A stretch of DNA of 63,496 bases, the filler included, from Octopus bimaculoides (Eukaryota): NCBI RefSeq assembly GCF_001194135.2. It is 5 parts of 5 records of this genome, joined end to end, with 100 filler letters (N's around TTAATTAATTAA, not from the genome) between each part and the next. Parts side by side here need not be neighbours in the genome. Positions count along the whole stretch, not along the records: positions 18,024 to 39,899 come from NC_068982.1; 4 more parts are not named here. The stretch is one strand, 5' to 3'. The translations under genes were made by a program, and so were the position numbers. Below the pieces are notes generated by a model. It searched no databases, was not told where the DNA came from, and saw only the letters and a list, made by a program, of their open reading frames with translations. Below are positions 24,785 to 37,571 of the stretch, one piece after another; position 1 is the stretch's first letter, and every line of letters starts with the position of its first letter.

Positions 24785-25080
24785 GTGTGGGTTTACATAG
24801 TTTGGGGCCCATTCTCGTTCCCATGGCCACTCCCGAGACATATTGGTAAAAGTCCCACGCGAACGAAAAGCAGTTGAGGGAGAGAACAAGTTCGACCAGA
24901 CAAAGAAGTGTGGACTTGTCAGGTTCGGGGTTAGGTCGAAGGTCTAGGAAGTGTTTGAGGGATCACCGTATATAGACTCTTGATATGAAGAGTGAAGAGA
25001 AGTTTAGAGGGGCCAGGAGGGAAGGAGAGAGAGTTGAAAAGACGAAGAACATGGTTAGCGTCGTGGATGTGTGAGGGGAG
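24785..25080 (-). mobile_element. Penelope-like reverse transcriptase fragment
   Basis: SHIHDANHVLRLFNSLSF..LLFTLHIKSLYTVIP / HFLDLRPNPEPDKSTLLCLVELVLSLNCFSFAWDFYQYVSGVAMGTRMGP. Confidence 0.9.
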
Positions 25081-25091
25081 AAGCCCTCTCA

Positions 25092-25172
<81 letters not shown>

Positions 25173-25404
25173 ATTATTTACACACACTTGTATTAATGTG
25201 TGTGATTATTTTCACACACATTAATACAAAACTGAGGAAAATCTATCTAAAGTACTCAACGAACAATTTAAGAGGAATTAAAAAGACTTCAAAGTAATTA
25301 CTGTTGTCTATGAGATAAAAATTAATACATACATTCGTACATGCATGCTTACATATATAACATACACACATACGTACATCCATCCATATATACATGAATA
25401 CATA

Positions 25405-25830
25405 TATACATACATACATAATCCAGGTTACAAGTTCAGGTTTATGCCTGTAATTATTGGGGCCCTGGGATATGTAACACTCTGCCTAAATACCAATCTT
25501 GGAAAATTAGGCTTCTCAGGGCCAGAAAGGAGAAAGCTAATTCGAAGACTACAGATCCAATCCATCACTGGAACTGTAAAAATCTGTAAAACTTTCCAGA
25601 AGTTTATCATTTAAATATATATGAGCATGTCTAGATATGCAACTATATGCATGAGAATACAAAGATAAAACAAAACATACAAATCTGCACATACACATAC
25701 ATACATACATGCATACATACAAAAATACCCTGTTGTTGATGTTGAAATTCCGATGAAGGAGCCTTGGATCTAGGTTAGAAACCGACTCTTTCTCTGATGG
25801 CAAGAAATCTTGAAATAAAACTGAAGGACA
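25405..25830 (+). mobile_element. 3' end of a restriction-like-endonuclease non-LTR element (R4/Dong/NeSL-like) plus putative 3' UTR, flanked by (TACA)n
   Basis: PGYKFRFMPVIIGALGYVTLCLNTNLGKLGF..LQIQSITGTVKICKTFQKFII* (stop at 25614) fits the RLE C-terminal PxxIGALG..LQxxxxxGTxxI pattern. Confidence 0.7.
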
Positions 25831-27269
25831 CACATACATACATATATCCATACACACACACACACATACATACATACATACATGCATGCATGCATGCATG
25901 CGTGCGCGTATGCATGCATGAGAAATCAATACGAATATTGACGTTATATGATTTGGAATCCCGTTGAATTCCTTGTCAGAATCCATATACCTGTCTTGCA
26001 TGATCACAGGTATATAAAGTATATGCATTTATAAACATTACATGTAATGTTGTCTCTAAATCAGTTAACCTGATTTGCATAATTAAATCCTTTGTTGGCT
26101 GCTAATTCAATTAATTAACGACTTTTTATTTTTCAGTCCGCGGAAACGAAAACAACAGTTATTTGTCCAGTCTTACAGCGTCAGCGAAAAGTATTAAGTG
26201 TACCGTTATATATATTTGTAATTATATGCTTGTATTATATTAATGTAATAACAATTGATTTTATCAATATATTCTAATAACTACGCTACTCATTGCAATA
26301 ACAATTGAATTATCGCAATTATTTAAGCAAATCGTAACTTATGTAAATCAGACGAAGTACTTTACAGGAATAACAATATTTAATAACTGTCAATAGCCGT
26401 ATGGACAGAAAAAGTGAGTGACTCTCTATCTCTCTCTCTCTCTCTCTCACTGGACATGATCTATTTTGATCTCAATTTTCTAATTTCTAGGTATAAACAG
26501 TACAAGACCGCTAATCATTCAGACACACGCACACACAACATATACATGCATACAAACATACATACATACATATATGTATATACACACATATATGCATAAA
26601 GAACAGCAGAATATACAGCAAGTATATATAGTCCTTGATATAAAAAAAAATTTGCTATAACAATTACTAGGTCATTTGTGATCAAAATCTGCTCGTAAAA
26701 GGACGCCCTAGGGTTAAACAAAGAAAAGAACCATAGCGTCGAGTTAAAATGCATGGCGGTATTTAGTTGCATCGCTTTACATTCTGCATTCAAGTCTACA
26801 AGCGTTAACTTCAATGTTTATCCTTCTGGGATTGATTATATTAGGAACAGTTTAATTTCTGGGATCAATTTAATCATCTATATCTCTCCCCAAAATATAT
26901 AATCGAGTACCTATATAAGAAATATTATATAAAATGGTAAATGGTGAAATCTGCATCCGACAAAATCCCTTACTACGTTTAGTAAAATCTCTCTTTACAT
27001 TGTGAGTACAAATTTTCTTCTAGTTGAAATGTACCTTCCATACATCCAGTTATTCATTAAATAAGTGCCCTGGCGAGTTCTGGGATTAATCAAATTGACT
27101 ATATCCTCGAGCCACTATAATCCCGTGGCCTTATGTCGATGTCAAAAAATCGTAATTGTATACCAAAGAACACCACTTGGGATTGAATACACTATTGCCG
27201 TATATTTTTATCTATATCAATATTCTGCTCGTCGCGGTGTTCGGAATCGAACGCATCAATAAATTTCTA

Positions 27270-27792
27270 ATATAATGAAACAGTTTGTGTAATATAACGT
27301 AGTCGTGGCCGATGCCAGTGTCGCGTAACTGACACGTAAAAAGCGTTGGGCGATATGCTGTGCTTGTGAAGACCTGTCGAACCGAAAGAAATCGTAGTCG
27401 TGACCGATGCCAATGCCGTCTGACTGGCACCCGTACCGGTTGCACGTAAAAAGCAGCGTTCGAGCGTTGGGCTTCACAGAGGCAGTGATAGGTGACCAAG
27501 ACCTTTGGCGATATACTGTGCTGTGTAGACATGTGAAGCCAAGTGAGATCGTAGACGTGGCTGATGCCGGTGTCGCGTCAATGACATCCCTGCCAGTTGC
27601 ACGTAAAAAGCACCCTCTACACTCTTGGAGTGGTTGGCTTTAGGAAGGGCATCAAGCTGTAGAAACCTTGCCAAATCAGATTGGAACCTGCTCCCCGATT
27701 GGAACCTGGTGCAGCTCCCCGACTTAACAGTTTTCAGTCAAACTGTCCAACCCATGCCGACATGGAAAGCAGACGTTAAACGATGATGATGA
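27270..27792 (+). mobile_element. Family E: (GAT)n-tailed retroposon 3' region with three internal subrepeats (probably RTE-related)
   Basis: Three copies of GTCGTG(G/A)CCGATGCC..CACGTAAAAAGC, then GGAAGGGCATC..GTAGAAAC..CCAACCCATGC..GACGTTAAACGATGATGATG; other copies at 40.0k, 42.45k, 43.2k and 46.7k. Confidence 0.8.
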
Positions 27793-28299
27793 ATGAAACA
27801 GTTTTGAATTACCTTAACAATGGAATCGAATCTAGGATATAATCGAAATGATTTAGTATAATGAAACAAGTTTTAGAGAGAGTGTGCAGTTGTTTAATAA
27901 ACATGTCATATTTTATAATGTGACATAGGAAACATGGTTAATACCCTTTTGATGAAGTAATAAAAATAAATTTCTCTGGCATAAGAATTTTGCAATTCTA
28001 ATTATAGAAATATTTACAAAACAGTTGATCCGATATTATGACTAATATTTATGTAACCTTTAGCTTTAGAAAGGAGGAGGAAAGGAAAAAAGAAAGAGGA
28101 CTTAAAAGCTCATTAACTAAGGAATTAAATCGAGGACATAAACGAAGTTTTTAGTATGATGAAATAATATTATGAAATTTAAGAATCGAAATAGAAACAG
28201 GAATTTCTATAAAACGTGAAATTTTCGATGTGATTCAATCGTTTGAGAGCCAGAAAAAAATTACTTTATTCGTTTATGTTTTTTACTTGAAGCATCACC

Positions 28300-28451
28300 T
28301 TAAAGGGTTTTAGTCGAAGAAATCGATCCCAGGACCTATTCTTTGTAATCCTAGTACTTATTCTATTGGTCTCTTTTGCCGAACTGCTAAGTTACGAGGA
28401 CGTAAACACGCCAGTATCAGTTGTCAAACGATAGTGGGGGGACAAACACAG

Positions 28452-28496
<45 letters not shown>

Positions 28497-28790
28497 AAGC
28501 AAATAAGTTATTCACCTGACTTCGAGATACTTGGATTTTACCGAACTGGCTTGGTGCCTCAATTTAAGTACCTAATTCAACTGAATCTTAATTATTTCTT
28601 TTATATATATATATATATATATATAAACACACGACAGTTCCCGTCTACCAAATCCATTCACAAGGCTTTGTCGGCCTGAGTCTATAGTAGAAGACACTTG
28701 TCCAAGTTGCCACGCAGTGGGACTGAACACGGAACCATGTGGTTGGGAAGCAAGCTTCTTATCACACAGTCACGCCTGCGCCTATACCTT
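28300..28790 (-). mobile_element. SINE family B, near full length, with internal microsatellite and insert
   Basis: 3' domain at 28300-28450 and head GAAGACACTTGTCCAAGTTGCCACGCAGTGGGACTGAACACGGAACCATGTGGTTGGGAAGCAAGCTTCTTATCACAC at 28690-28770. Confidence 0.9.
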
Positions 28791-29559
28791 GCTGAATTTA
28801 AATATGAACCCTTACGTTCTGATTTCATATATCGCCGAAGCCACATTTGAGTTTATCCTTTTGTCGTCAATAAAATAAAGCACCAGTCAAAAATTGAGTG
28901 CGATTGAATCAACTGTACGTCTTTGTTAATATGCAATGTGCTAGAATGGAACAGAAGAGCCCAAATCTCTGCAAGTCCATCAGATATCCGACTACACGTG
29001 AAGTGATACGTCGATTGAAGTGAGTTGCTGTACATAAATATTGTCTGTGTCTATACCCTATATTATTGTATTACTGCCAATACTCCACATATCTTAACAT
29101 CCATACTCTCACATACTCCCTCTAAAAGTAGATCCTGTTAAAAGGGATGACACGAAAGATAAAAATAATAATTGTATAACTATCAATGAAATGGCGAAGG
29201 ACTGGCAGAATAGGTGAAGAGGAGTGCAAAATATTTCGTTGTACTTTTGGTGAATACTTTTTACGTTCTAATCTCACCGATGTAATCTTTAGCTTTTATC
29301 TTTCTGTGGTCGGATATGTAAACTAGTTGAGCACTGGGTCATTCTAATTCTCTATAGCCCACGGCCCAAATCTGAAGTGTTGGGGCTATGCTAGAAATCA
29401 TCTTTGGCGAGAAATGTCTCTTTTTTTCGGTCTCCTTTACTCTTTCTTTCTCTTCTAGAAACATTCTTTTTTCTTGTTTCTCCTCTTTGACTATATTTTC
29501 TCTCTTTCACATCTTCTATCTCATATATCGGTCAATTTCTTCTTTTTCTTTCTCCCCTT

Positions 29560-29702
<143 letters not shown>

Positions 29703-31650
29703 GTACTATGGCTGAAACTAAAGGTTACATAAATATTTCAAGGTTTATAACAAAAGCCATCGCCAACATATATCTATTATATCGGATGAGTCTTTTGATG
29801 AATATTCCCAATTAATAATTCAATAATTAATGTTTTATAGTATTTCATAATCATACAAAAATACCATAGAAATTGATTTATATTGATATATCAAAACGAT
29901 ATCAGCAATAAACGTTTTCAATGTAACGATATAAAATATAAGAAAATTTTAGCAATATTAGCACCAAATATATTTAAAAGCATAGCTTTATTAATACATT
30001 AAAGTGGGCCGATAGGTAGAAATAACGCAACACTAGACACGGGAACGTATTGCAACATTGAGTTCAAATCTCATTTTTGTGGTCAATTTCACAGATTGTT
30101 CCCTTCTAAAATTTAGCCTTGTATTAGAAATGTTTAATACATGAACCATCGAGTCGAAGCCTCGTGTCACAACACTATTCAAGACAATTAGTTTTCACTA
30201 TTCCCTTCCCATCAAGTTGTAAAGATATGATGTGCATATAGTGCATCACTGCAAGCACAGACCTTTTTATAAAACCTTTTTATAGTATTTCATTAATAAC
30301 CACTTATTTTGATCCTAGGTTTCAGTAGTAGGGGCCCTGGTTAGAGGGTACCAGGGTTTTGAGAAGTCTGGAACAATCTCTTAGTCACTATTATTCCCAT
30401 GTTTACACTGACCTGGAGTAGTAACACTTGTCAGGGCTCCAGCTACAAGTTAACTAGCATGTCATAGAATTGCATCCAAAAGAAGGTCACCCCTAGCGAA
30501 CCCAGGGCAGATGAGGCCTTTCGATTCTTTTGCTGCTCATCTAAAAGAAGCTAATTCTATATAAGTTCTGAACCTAATTACGACTTGGCTCGTGGCACTT
30601 ATCGAATCAGACCATTACAAGTTTGAAGGACGAAAGAGTTTGACTGACTCCGCGTAAATCACACCTACAATATTCATGGTACAGGTTGTCAACGAACCAA
30701 GACACCTGTGTCTTGCTAAACCCTCATTTGTCGAAGTGACGGAAAAGTCCATCATTCCACTTACTTTGATAGACATTTGCTAAGGGTACTTTTTATCTAT
30801 TGGATGTATCTCAGTCTATCACTGATAGCTATTTCAGCGATCCTTCAGTATTGACAGAATTTGGACTCATAATTAAGTATTTTTTCCAGTTGCTCCATAA
30901 CGCTACATTTGCAGTAAATAATTCAGGTTCTACTATGGTCAAGAATATTCAACGGGAAATCATTCCTACATATCGTCATCAATTAAAACTAGCCGAGTTG
31001 CTAGAAATAGCAACAAAATTGCTCCCAAATCACACACTCTACATTATTCAATGTATCCTCTCTCTTTAGGGGGAGGATACATTAAATAATGTAGTATTAG
31101 CTACACAAAAAGATGGCATGGGTATGGCTGGAACATCTTTCATCATCAATCTACTCAATTGAGGACTACCTGGGGTTAAAAACAGCGACATCTTTTGGGT
31201 TTTTTTTTTTTTTTGATTTTGCAAAAAGTAAACACTGTTCGTTCAGAATCGTTTATTCCGATAATCTCAATTCTGTTTAAATGTCAATGTATTCATGAAA
31301 CAACAGGAGAGCTAAAAACTATAGTTTCGTAGTCAAACAAAACAAATTCGCTTTAGTTACGTCACTAATCTCCTTGGAAAATCATGCAATCGACAATTTC
31401 AATGAACTCCATACACGAGCTCGCACGCACACACGCACGCATGCACATGTGGACTCACACACACACACAAACTTATAAACATGTAGTGCCATCTATGACA
31501 TGGCAAGAAACAATTATTATATTTCATCTGCAACTACCTACACCAATGTACGTCGATCCAACGACCTGCTAAAAATAACAGCCAAACTTACCTAAAACTT
31601 GCATTCTCAGTCATTGAAGTCAGTGGGGAAATAAGTTTAGAAAAGAATAA

Positions 31651-31707
<57 letters not shown>

Positions 31708-32120
31708 CTAAATGTAAGATAACATATGGCTGAAGACTTGTTGATGACTGAAGGAGGACTGAGAGTGGTGGAGGCAACAGATGTATTATTCAGAAGTGTA
31801 GTTAGGGACACTTTCCATTATAGTAACTGAGAGCTTATTCGAAGACATCACGTTTCAGAGTGAGGAACCAGTAGAGACTTTTGCTAGGATAGATTGCAAT
31901 GCCATGTCATAAACAGTAAGTGAGGCATGGGATTGCAATCTAGGTTCAAGTAAATATCTGATGCACAAAAGAGATAGAGAGACAGCTGATACAGGTTTTG
32001 TGGTATTAACACCAAAGTTGTGACCTTCATCATAACCAAATGTCCAAAAATTGTCATGACACACGTAAACATATACATACACATATCAACACATTACACA
32101 CATAAACGTGTTACAGATAT

Positions 32121-32177
<57 letters not shown>

Positions 32178-32441
32178 NNNNNNNNNNNNNNNNNNNNNNN
32201 NNNNNNNNNNNNNNNNNNNNNNNNNNNNNNNNNNNNNNNNNNNNNNNNNNNNNNNNNNNNNNNNNNNNNNNNNNNNNNNNNNNNNNNNNNNNNNNNNNNN
32301 NNNNNNNNNNNNNNNNNNNTATTACACATGCGCCCGGGCGACAGTTTTTTCACAGCTGTAAATTTGCCAGCTGCTGCAGTCGTTGATTTATGAATTTCTC
32401 CAACGTAACCTACACACACTCTCAGACTTATACACACAGTT

Positions 32442-32479
<38 letters not shown>

Positions 32480-34054
32480 ACATACACTCACGCACACACA
32501 CAATCACGCACACACACCACACACATACTTACAGAAAGAGAAACAGAGAAATACAGAAAGAGCAAAAGAGAGTAGGTAGACCACTTGTGAAAGAAAACTA
32601 CTACAAAATGTAAGCGAATGAACACCAGCTGTAGATCTCGAGAACAATACGAAGAATCAACACAGTAAGACATTATGGAGAGCTACTACACTGATAATGG
32701 CCGATAAGTTACATTGAACTATGCTGGAGTTTGTTCTAATATTTAATATCGATTTTTGCATTGTTTTTCGTACGCATACTGCTATAAACTGACTTACTTC
32801 TTCCTCTACGATACTTGCTGGGTGAAGTTTGGTAATACATTTGAACTGAATCCTAAGTAAATGGAAATTCTTGTCGTTCTACTCACCAAATATAACATCG
32901 AACTAATGTGAGCAAGCTTACATGTGTGTGTGTGAGTGTTATAGTGTACATCAAAATATAGCTATAATTTAGCCAAGGAGAATGTATTGGACTGATGCAA
33001 ACACCTTGCATCTGAATAAAATACATCCGGTAATATTTGAGCAGTTATACAGACCCCGTCTTAAAGTGAAAACAAGGCTAGCATAGATTAACATTGATTT
33101 AGAAGTCGTGAATGTTGCATCATATCTCTTCGACAACAGCAACTGAGCGTAGAAGTACATCCAAATCTGCATACATGAGATAGATAATAAATAGTCGGGG
33201 AGAAACTTTTCAGAAAGCATCTCCTAAGTGGTTATCAAGGATACATATCCAAGGAAATTACACGGCTCTTCCACTTATCATCAGATACAAAACTGTATAA
33301 TTATCGACAGAAGGCCAAGCGTAAATATGTTGCCAAAACAAACTTCAATAACATAGACAATCAAAAATAGTCTAATTTGGATTAACAAAAAAAGTTTTCA
33401 CTTTGATGAATAATTTTTTGCAAAACATGTACAAGAAAGAACAACAAAATACCTAGTGCACAAAATGGATAGGGATACAGATAAATCTCCTAAATTCGGC
33501 AGTCGATGAGATTTTGTGGAATTAACGCCACAGATATAACCCATATTTTAAACTACTCTTCGAAAAATTATACAACGTAATCCATAGAAACGACAGTGGT
33601 GAAAGGTAGAAATACAAGGTGAGCATGCCTATTCAAAATAGGAAAGAAATATGAAAAATCTATTCAGAACATATATTCATACATATGCATATACATGAAA
33701 TAAGCTCCGAAGTCAGTCACACCAGCATAGGAAACTATTCATTCTTTCGTGTACTGAATAACTGAATACTTCTCTTAAAAGCCTGCCCTTAATACATATC
33801 TTCTTTGGCTGGAGAATATCGTACGTGCAAATCAAGCGACAAAAATACCCGGTAAATAACTATTGATATCGGTAAATTCTATCCGGAATAAAATTCCTAA
33901 AAGCATAATCCTCGGTCTAAACAAAAATGGCAGCAATAACATTGATCAAAGACTGCTGTCATCATACAAGCACGTGTTAGCCTCATACGAGTAAATAATA
34001 AATGTGCGAAAGATTCCACACAGCTCAATGCGACATTTAAGGATAACCTCACTA

Positions 34055-34282
34055 CAGTAATACCTCGCCATATCGCGGTTCACCTATCGCGGTTTATTAT
34101 CTAAGCTTACGTCGATTCCTTTGTGTTGTTGTTTTGCATTTATGATAAAATAAATATATGCAAATTATAAAAATAATATAAAAATATATATATACAGTAC
34201 AGTACTGTTGTTACTTCGCGGATTTTCACCTATCACGGGTGGGGGGGGGAACGTAACACCAGCGATAGTCGAGGGATTACTG
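34055..34282. mobile_element. 228-bp Tc1/mariner-pogo-type MITE with TA target duplication
   Basis: TA|CAGTAATACCTCGCCATATCGCGG ... CCAGCGATAGTCGAGGGATTACTG|TA; internal subterminal repeat TTCACCTATC(G/A)CGG. Confidence 0.85.
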
Positions 34283-36004
34283 TATTTTCATCAACAACCT
34301 ACTAAATGAAAGAATAAATATGACACGAGTCGATAGACATCCTATTAACTTGATGTTATTCGCTACCAATTAAGTTGATAAAGAACACTTAGCACAAATT
34401 GAAAATTTCAGTCTTGGGACAGTGATTGCCTTACTTTATTGTGTTGCAATTACTATTTGCTAGCAGATGAGAGTAAATGAGAGCAATCGAAATCATAAGA
34501 ATACACAATTGGATCAATTCTAGCGAAAAGAACATCGACAATCAATGGGAAAATATCACACAATTGGATGTCATTAGAAGCAATATGAATAATTAATTCA
34601 CAAACTAACAGTTGCGATTATGTAATAGCAATAAATAAGCAATACAACCACCATTCAGTATGGCTAAATGAGCTAAGAAGCAAGAATTGAGCGATGGTCT
34701 CTCCTGACACATGTTTCGTGATTTATTAAACTCTGCTGAGTATTGTTGCAAAACGACCGAATAGAGGTAAGATAAAAGAGACTAGGTATTGGTTTCTGAA
34801 ATAGCCAACACACGTTCTACATGAAAGCTTTGGTTCGTATTTTATTGTCAATTGAAGACATTGTTCACCAAATAAGGATTTTGGATATCGATGTATTGTC
34901 TATCTCCTCTCTATCCAATGAGCAAAGCAACCAGGACATAGGAATTGTGAATACTATATACGTTGGTGCTATGAGTAAAAATATAGTAACAAAAAAAATA
35001 CTCTGACATACTTTGTAAGTTATGGATGTTTTGAGCTTTACACATTCGATTAGAATATTTCAGAATGCTGTTGCAATACCAGTCCAAACAATTAAGATTC
35101 TATGCTGAACATTTGAATCCACTTACAACTTGAACATCGAGACTAGGAAGGTATTAACAATCACTGGTAATTTCAACATTAACAGCGATACTCAAAGACC
35201 CTGCGCCAGACGGAGAACATATGAAACACATGCAAATATAACAAAAAAAAAACACGCTCATGCGTAGTAAAGTGACACATTCACCCATTATGCGGACAGA
35301 AACACATTCTATTTTGCAACTACCTGCATCGACTCACATTTACTGGCAACCATGAGTCGACACAAATGCATACATTTAGTCGCATTCATATATTCACAAA
35401 CCCCTGGAATTATTTTGAATTAAGCTATGAAAACTTGTCACCTTGAATTCGAAGAAGAATATAAACGAATTTTTAAGAAAACAAAAAGCTTACAAATACA
35501 CACACACACACACATACACACACATTTATTTATATATATATATAAAGTATTTCTCCCAGTGTTCACTATTTTCCTCTCGTTCTGGTCTAACAACCCTCCA
35601 TGTTTGTTTTCGTAATTCAAAGGGCCAGCCTTGTCACAGTCGGTGTGTGTGTGTTTGTGTGCGTGTGTTCTTAAGCATATTTAAAATGAGCAATGAGAGT
35701 AGGTAAAAAAAGATTACTAAATCATGGGACAGCTGGGTCTTTTGACATAAATGCTCTCTTCAGCTGCGCGTACCATTTTCTTGAAACTGTTATGTTTATT
35801 ACACTTTGAGTAGTTGTTATGGCTGTTATATCTACTGTTATAATTCATTGACTTCTGACATGTAGACATCTCGAGATGTGGGGTGCTATAAGGAGTCTAG
35901 AAATTACACCTTATGTCTTAATTAGAAATCTACTTCAAGAGAACTAAAGCAGTGGTGGGACAAACAACAAACTGCCCGTATTTAATCAATGATTCCAATA
36001 CCAT

Positions 36005-36200
36005 TTACATATTGGTTTCAAATTCTAACATAAGGCCAGCAATTTCGATCCCAGTGCTTTCCTTATGCTTATTTATCAACTCCGAAATGATGAAAGGCAA
36101 TGTCGATCTCAGCTGAATTTGAACTCAGAGCATAAAGAGGGACGAAATGCCGTTAAGTATTTTTCCCGGCGTGTTACCGATTCTGCCAACTTGCCGCTTT
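36005..36200 (-). mobile_element. SINE family A
   Basis: ATTGGTTTCAAATTCTAACATAAGGCCAGC..AAAGGCAATGTCGATCTCAGCTGAATTTGAACTCAG..TTCTGCCAACTTGCCGCTT. Confidence 0.85.
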
Positions 36201-36380
36201 ACTATATTTAAAAATTGATTTCAAATTCTGGCACAAAGCCAGCAATTTAGAGGGAGGCGTAAGTATATTTAAATGTTAATATAAATATTAGATAAGATAT
36301 TGATTTAAGGTAACTAATATAGCGGCTATTTCGTCTCTGATGAAACATGTTACAAGTTGCCTTCAGGGGAAGAACCACAT

Positions 36381-36468
36381 GAAACGCTGACGATTGAAAA
36401 TCTTGTGAATATAATTATAAGCTTAAGCTTATAATTATATTTACAATTTTTTTATTTGTCACCGTTTC
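36381..36468. repeat. 88-bp loopless imperfect palindrome
   Basis: Perfect 28-bp core ATAATTATAAGCTT|AAGCTTATAATTAT centred at 36424/36425; outer GAAACGCTGAC pairs with GTCACCGTTTC. Confidence 0.9.
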
Positions 36469-36551
36469 TTAGTTGACGCATTTTATATATCTGTTTACAC
36501 ACTTACTGCTATGAAATCATAGTTCCTAAATTTAAAGGAAAAAAATAGGTA

Positions 36552-36624
36552 GGTGTGCTGGTGTAATCGGTCAGCACACTTATCGCGAAAATGAGAGGTG
36601 TGGATTCGATTCCTACGCATACTA
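36552..36624 (+). tRNA. tRNA-like cloverleaf (pseudo-tRNA or SINE head); nominal anticodon CGA, non-canonical
   Basis: Acceptor GGTGTGC/GCATACT, D arm GTGT..GCAC, anticodon stem CTTAT/ATGAG with loop CGCGAAA, T arm GTGGA-TTCGATT-CCTAC (one A-C mismatch), TTTTT at 36634-36638. Confidence 0.55.
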
Positions 36625-36714
36625 ATGCCCATATTTTTCCATCGAGGGTTTATATACTCCCGTATTAGACTATTTTCCTATAGTCGATAGTCAATGAAAG
36701 GTTATGTAATTATA

Positions 36715-37571
36715 TATATACACTACATATGTGGGAAATTCTGTCTGTGGCTGTGTTTGTGGAGTTGTCAGCTAACTCCTCCTACATCGTTTTATCAATT
36801 TTGATGAAACTTGACACGTGAGTAGAACTCATGTCTGGAAACCTCGTAGTATACTCAGATTGTTGAAAAATAGATAATAGGGCCCCTGGAATGGATCCTT
36901 ATATATATCTAATATATTTTATTTTAACACCCAAGGGAAATAACCCATTCATTTTCCTAAATAATTTGGTATAAATCAAATTGAGTATGCTTATTTCTTA
37001 GTATCTGAACTGTTAGAGTTACTTTCGTAATTTATCCAGTACAGCCCTTAAACAAGTAATTAGTATTTTCCTAAAGACTAGATCCACTTATTTCGGTTAG
37101 TGACTTATTTACGAATCACTAGCGCCGCTTGTGGTAATATTCTCTGGGAACGCACAAAAGCCCTTTTCAGAGTTATTTACTTTGAATTGTTACAATCTCT
37201 GATTAGCCAATTACGTAACATACTTGACGATTTTAGTATACATACCTTATTAGTATTTCCTTCCAAGTTCTATATACTCTGAGAACGCATTAAAGCCCTT
37301 TTCGGGGTTACTTTATTTGAATTCTTACTATCGGGTAACTAATTTCATGTTATTACATAACTGACTTCACAAATTGGGTATTCAAAGCTTATTGGAAATT
37401 TCTAAAACAAGATCCTGTGTAAGACAGTTTGGTATTCTCTGTAAATGCACAACAACCGTTTAAAGGGCTACATATTTTGTATTGTTGTTATTGGGTTGGC
37501 GAAACAATTATGAGAATGGAACCAAGAGATAAGCCCCGCTTTCCCGGGAATTACCAGGTACGTCAGCTAAT
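36715..37571 (+). mobile_element. Probable Helentron/Helitron2-type non-autonomous element (HINE/DINE-like)
   Basis: 5' CTGTCTGTGGCTGTGTTTGTGG tract and TCAATTTTGATGAAACTTGACAC, internal about 80-bp subrepeats (37140-37230, 37265-37335, 37430-37470), 3' CCCGGGAATTACCAGGTACGTCAGCTAAT resembling the CCCGGG..GG..AGCTAGT terminus. Confidence 0.5.

Noticed and set aside
30997-31014. GCTAGAAATAGCAA matches the synthetic SpCas9 sgRNA scaffold tetraloop
   Set aside because: Only about 14 nt match, without GTTTTAGA or GTTAAAATAAGG flanks; it is part of the endogenous family-F hairpin seen in several copies, not vector contamination or CRISPR.
32969-33220. 83-aa minus ORF MLSEKFLPDY..
   Set aside because: No motif, homology cue or convincing splice signals.
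34780-35130. Minus-strand hydrophobic frames (RILIVWTGIATAF; VTIFLLIAPTYIVFTIPMSWL) suggestive of a GPCR pseudogene
   Set aside because: The model needs several stops and a frameshift and has no diagnostic DRY/NPxxY motif; hydrophobic codons are expected from T-rich strands.
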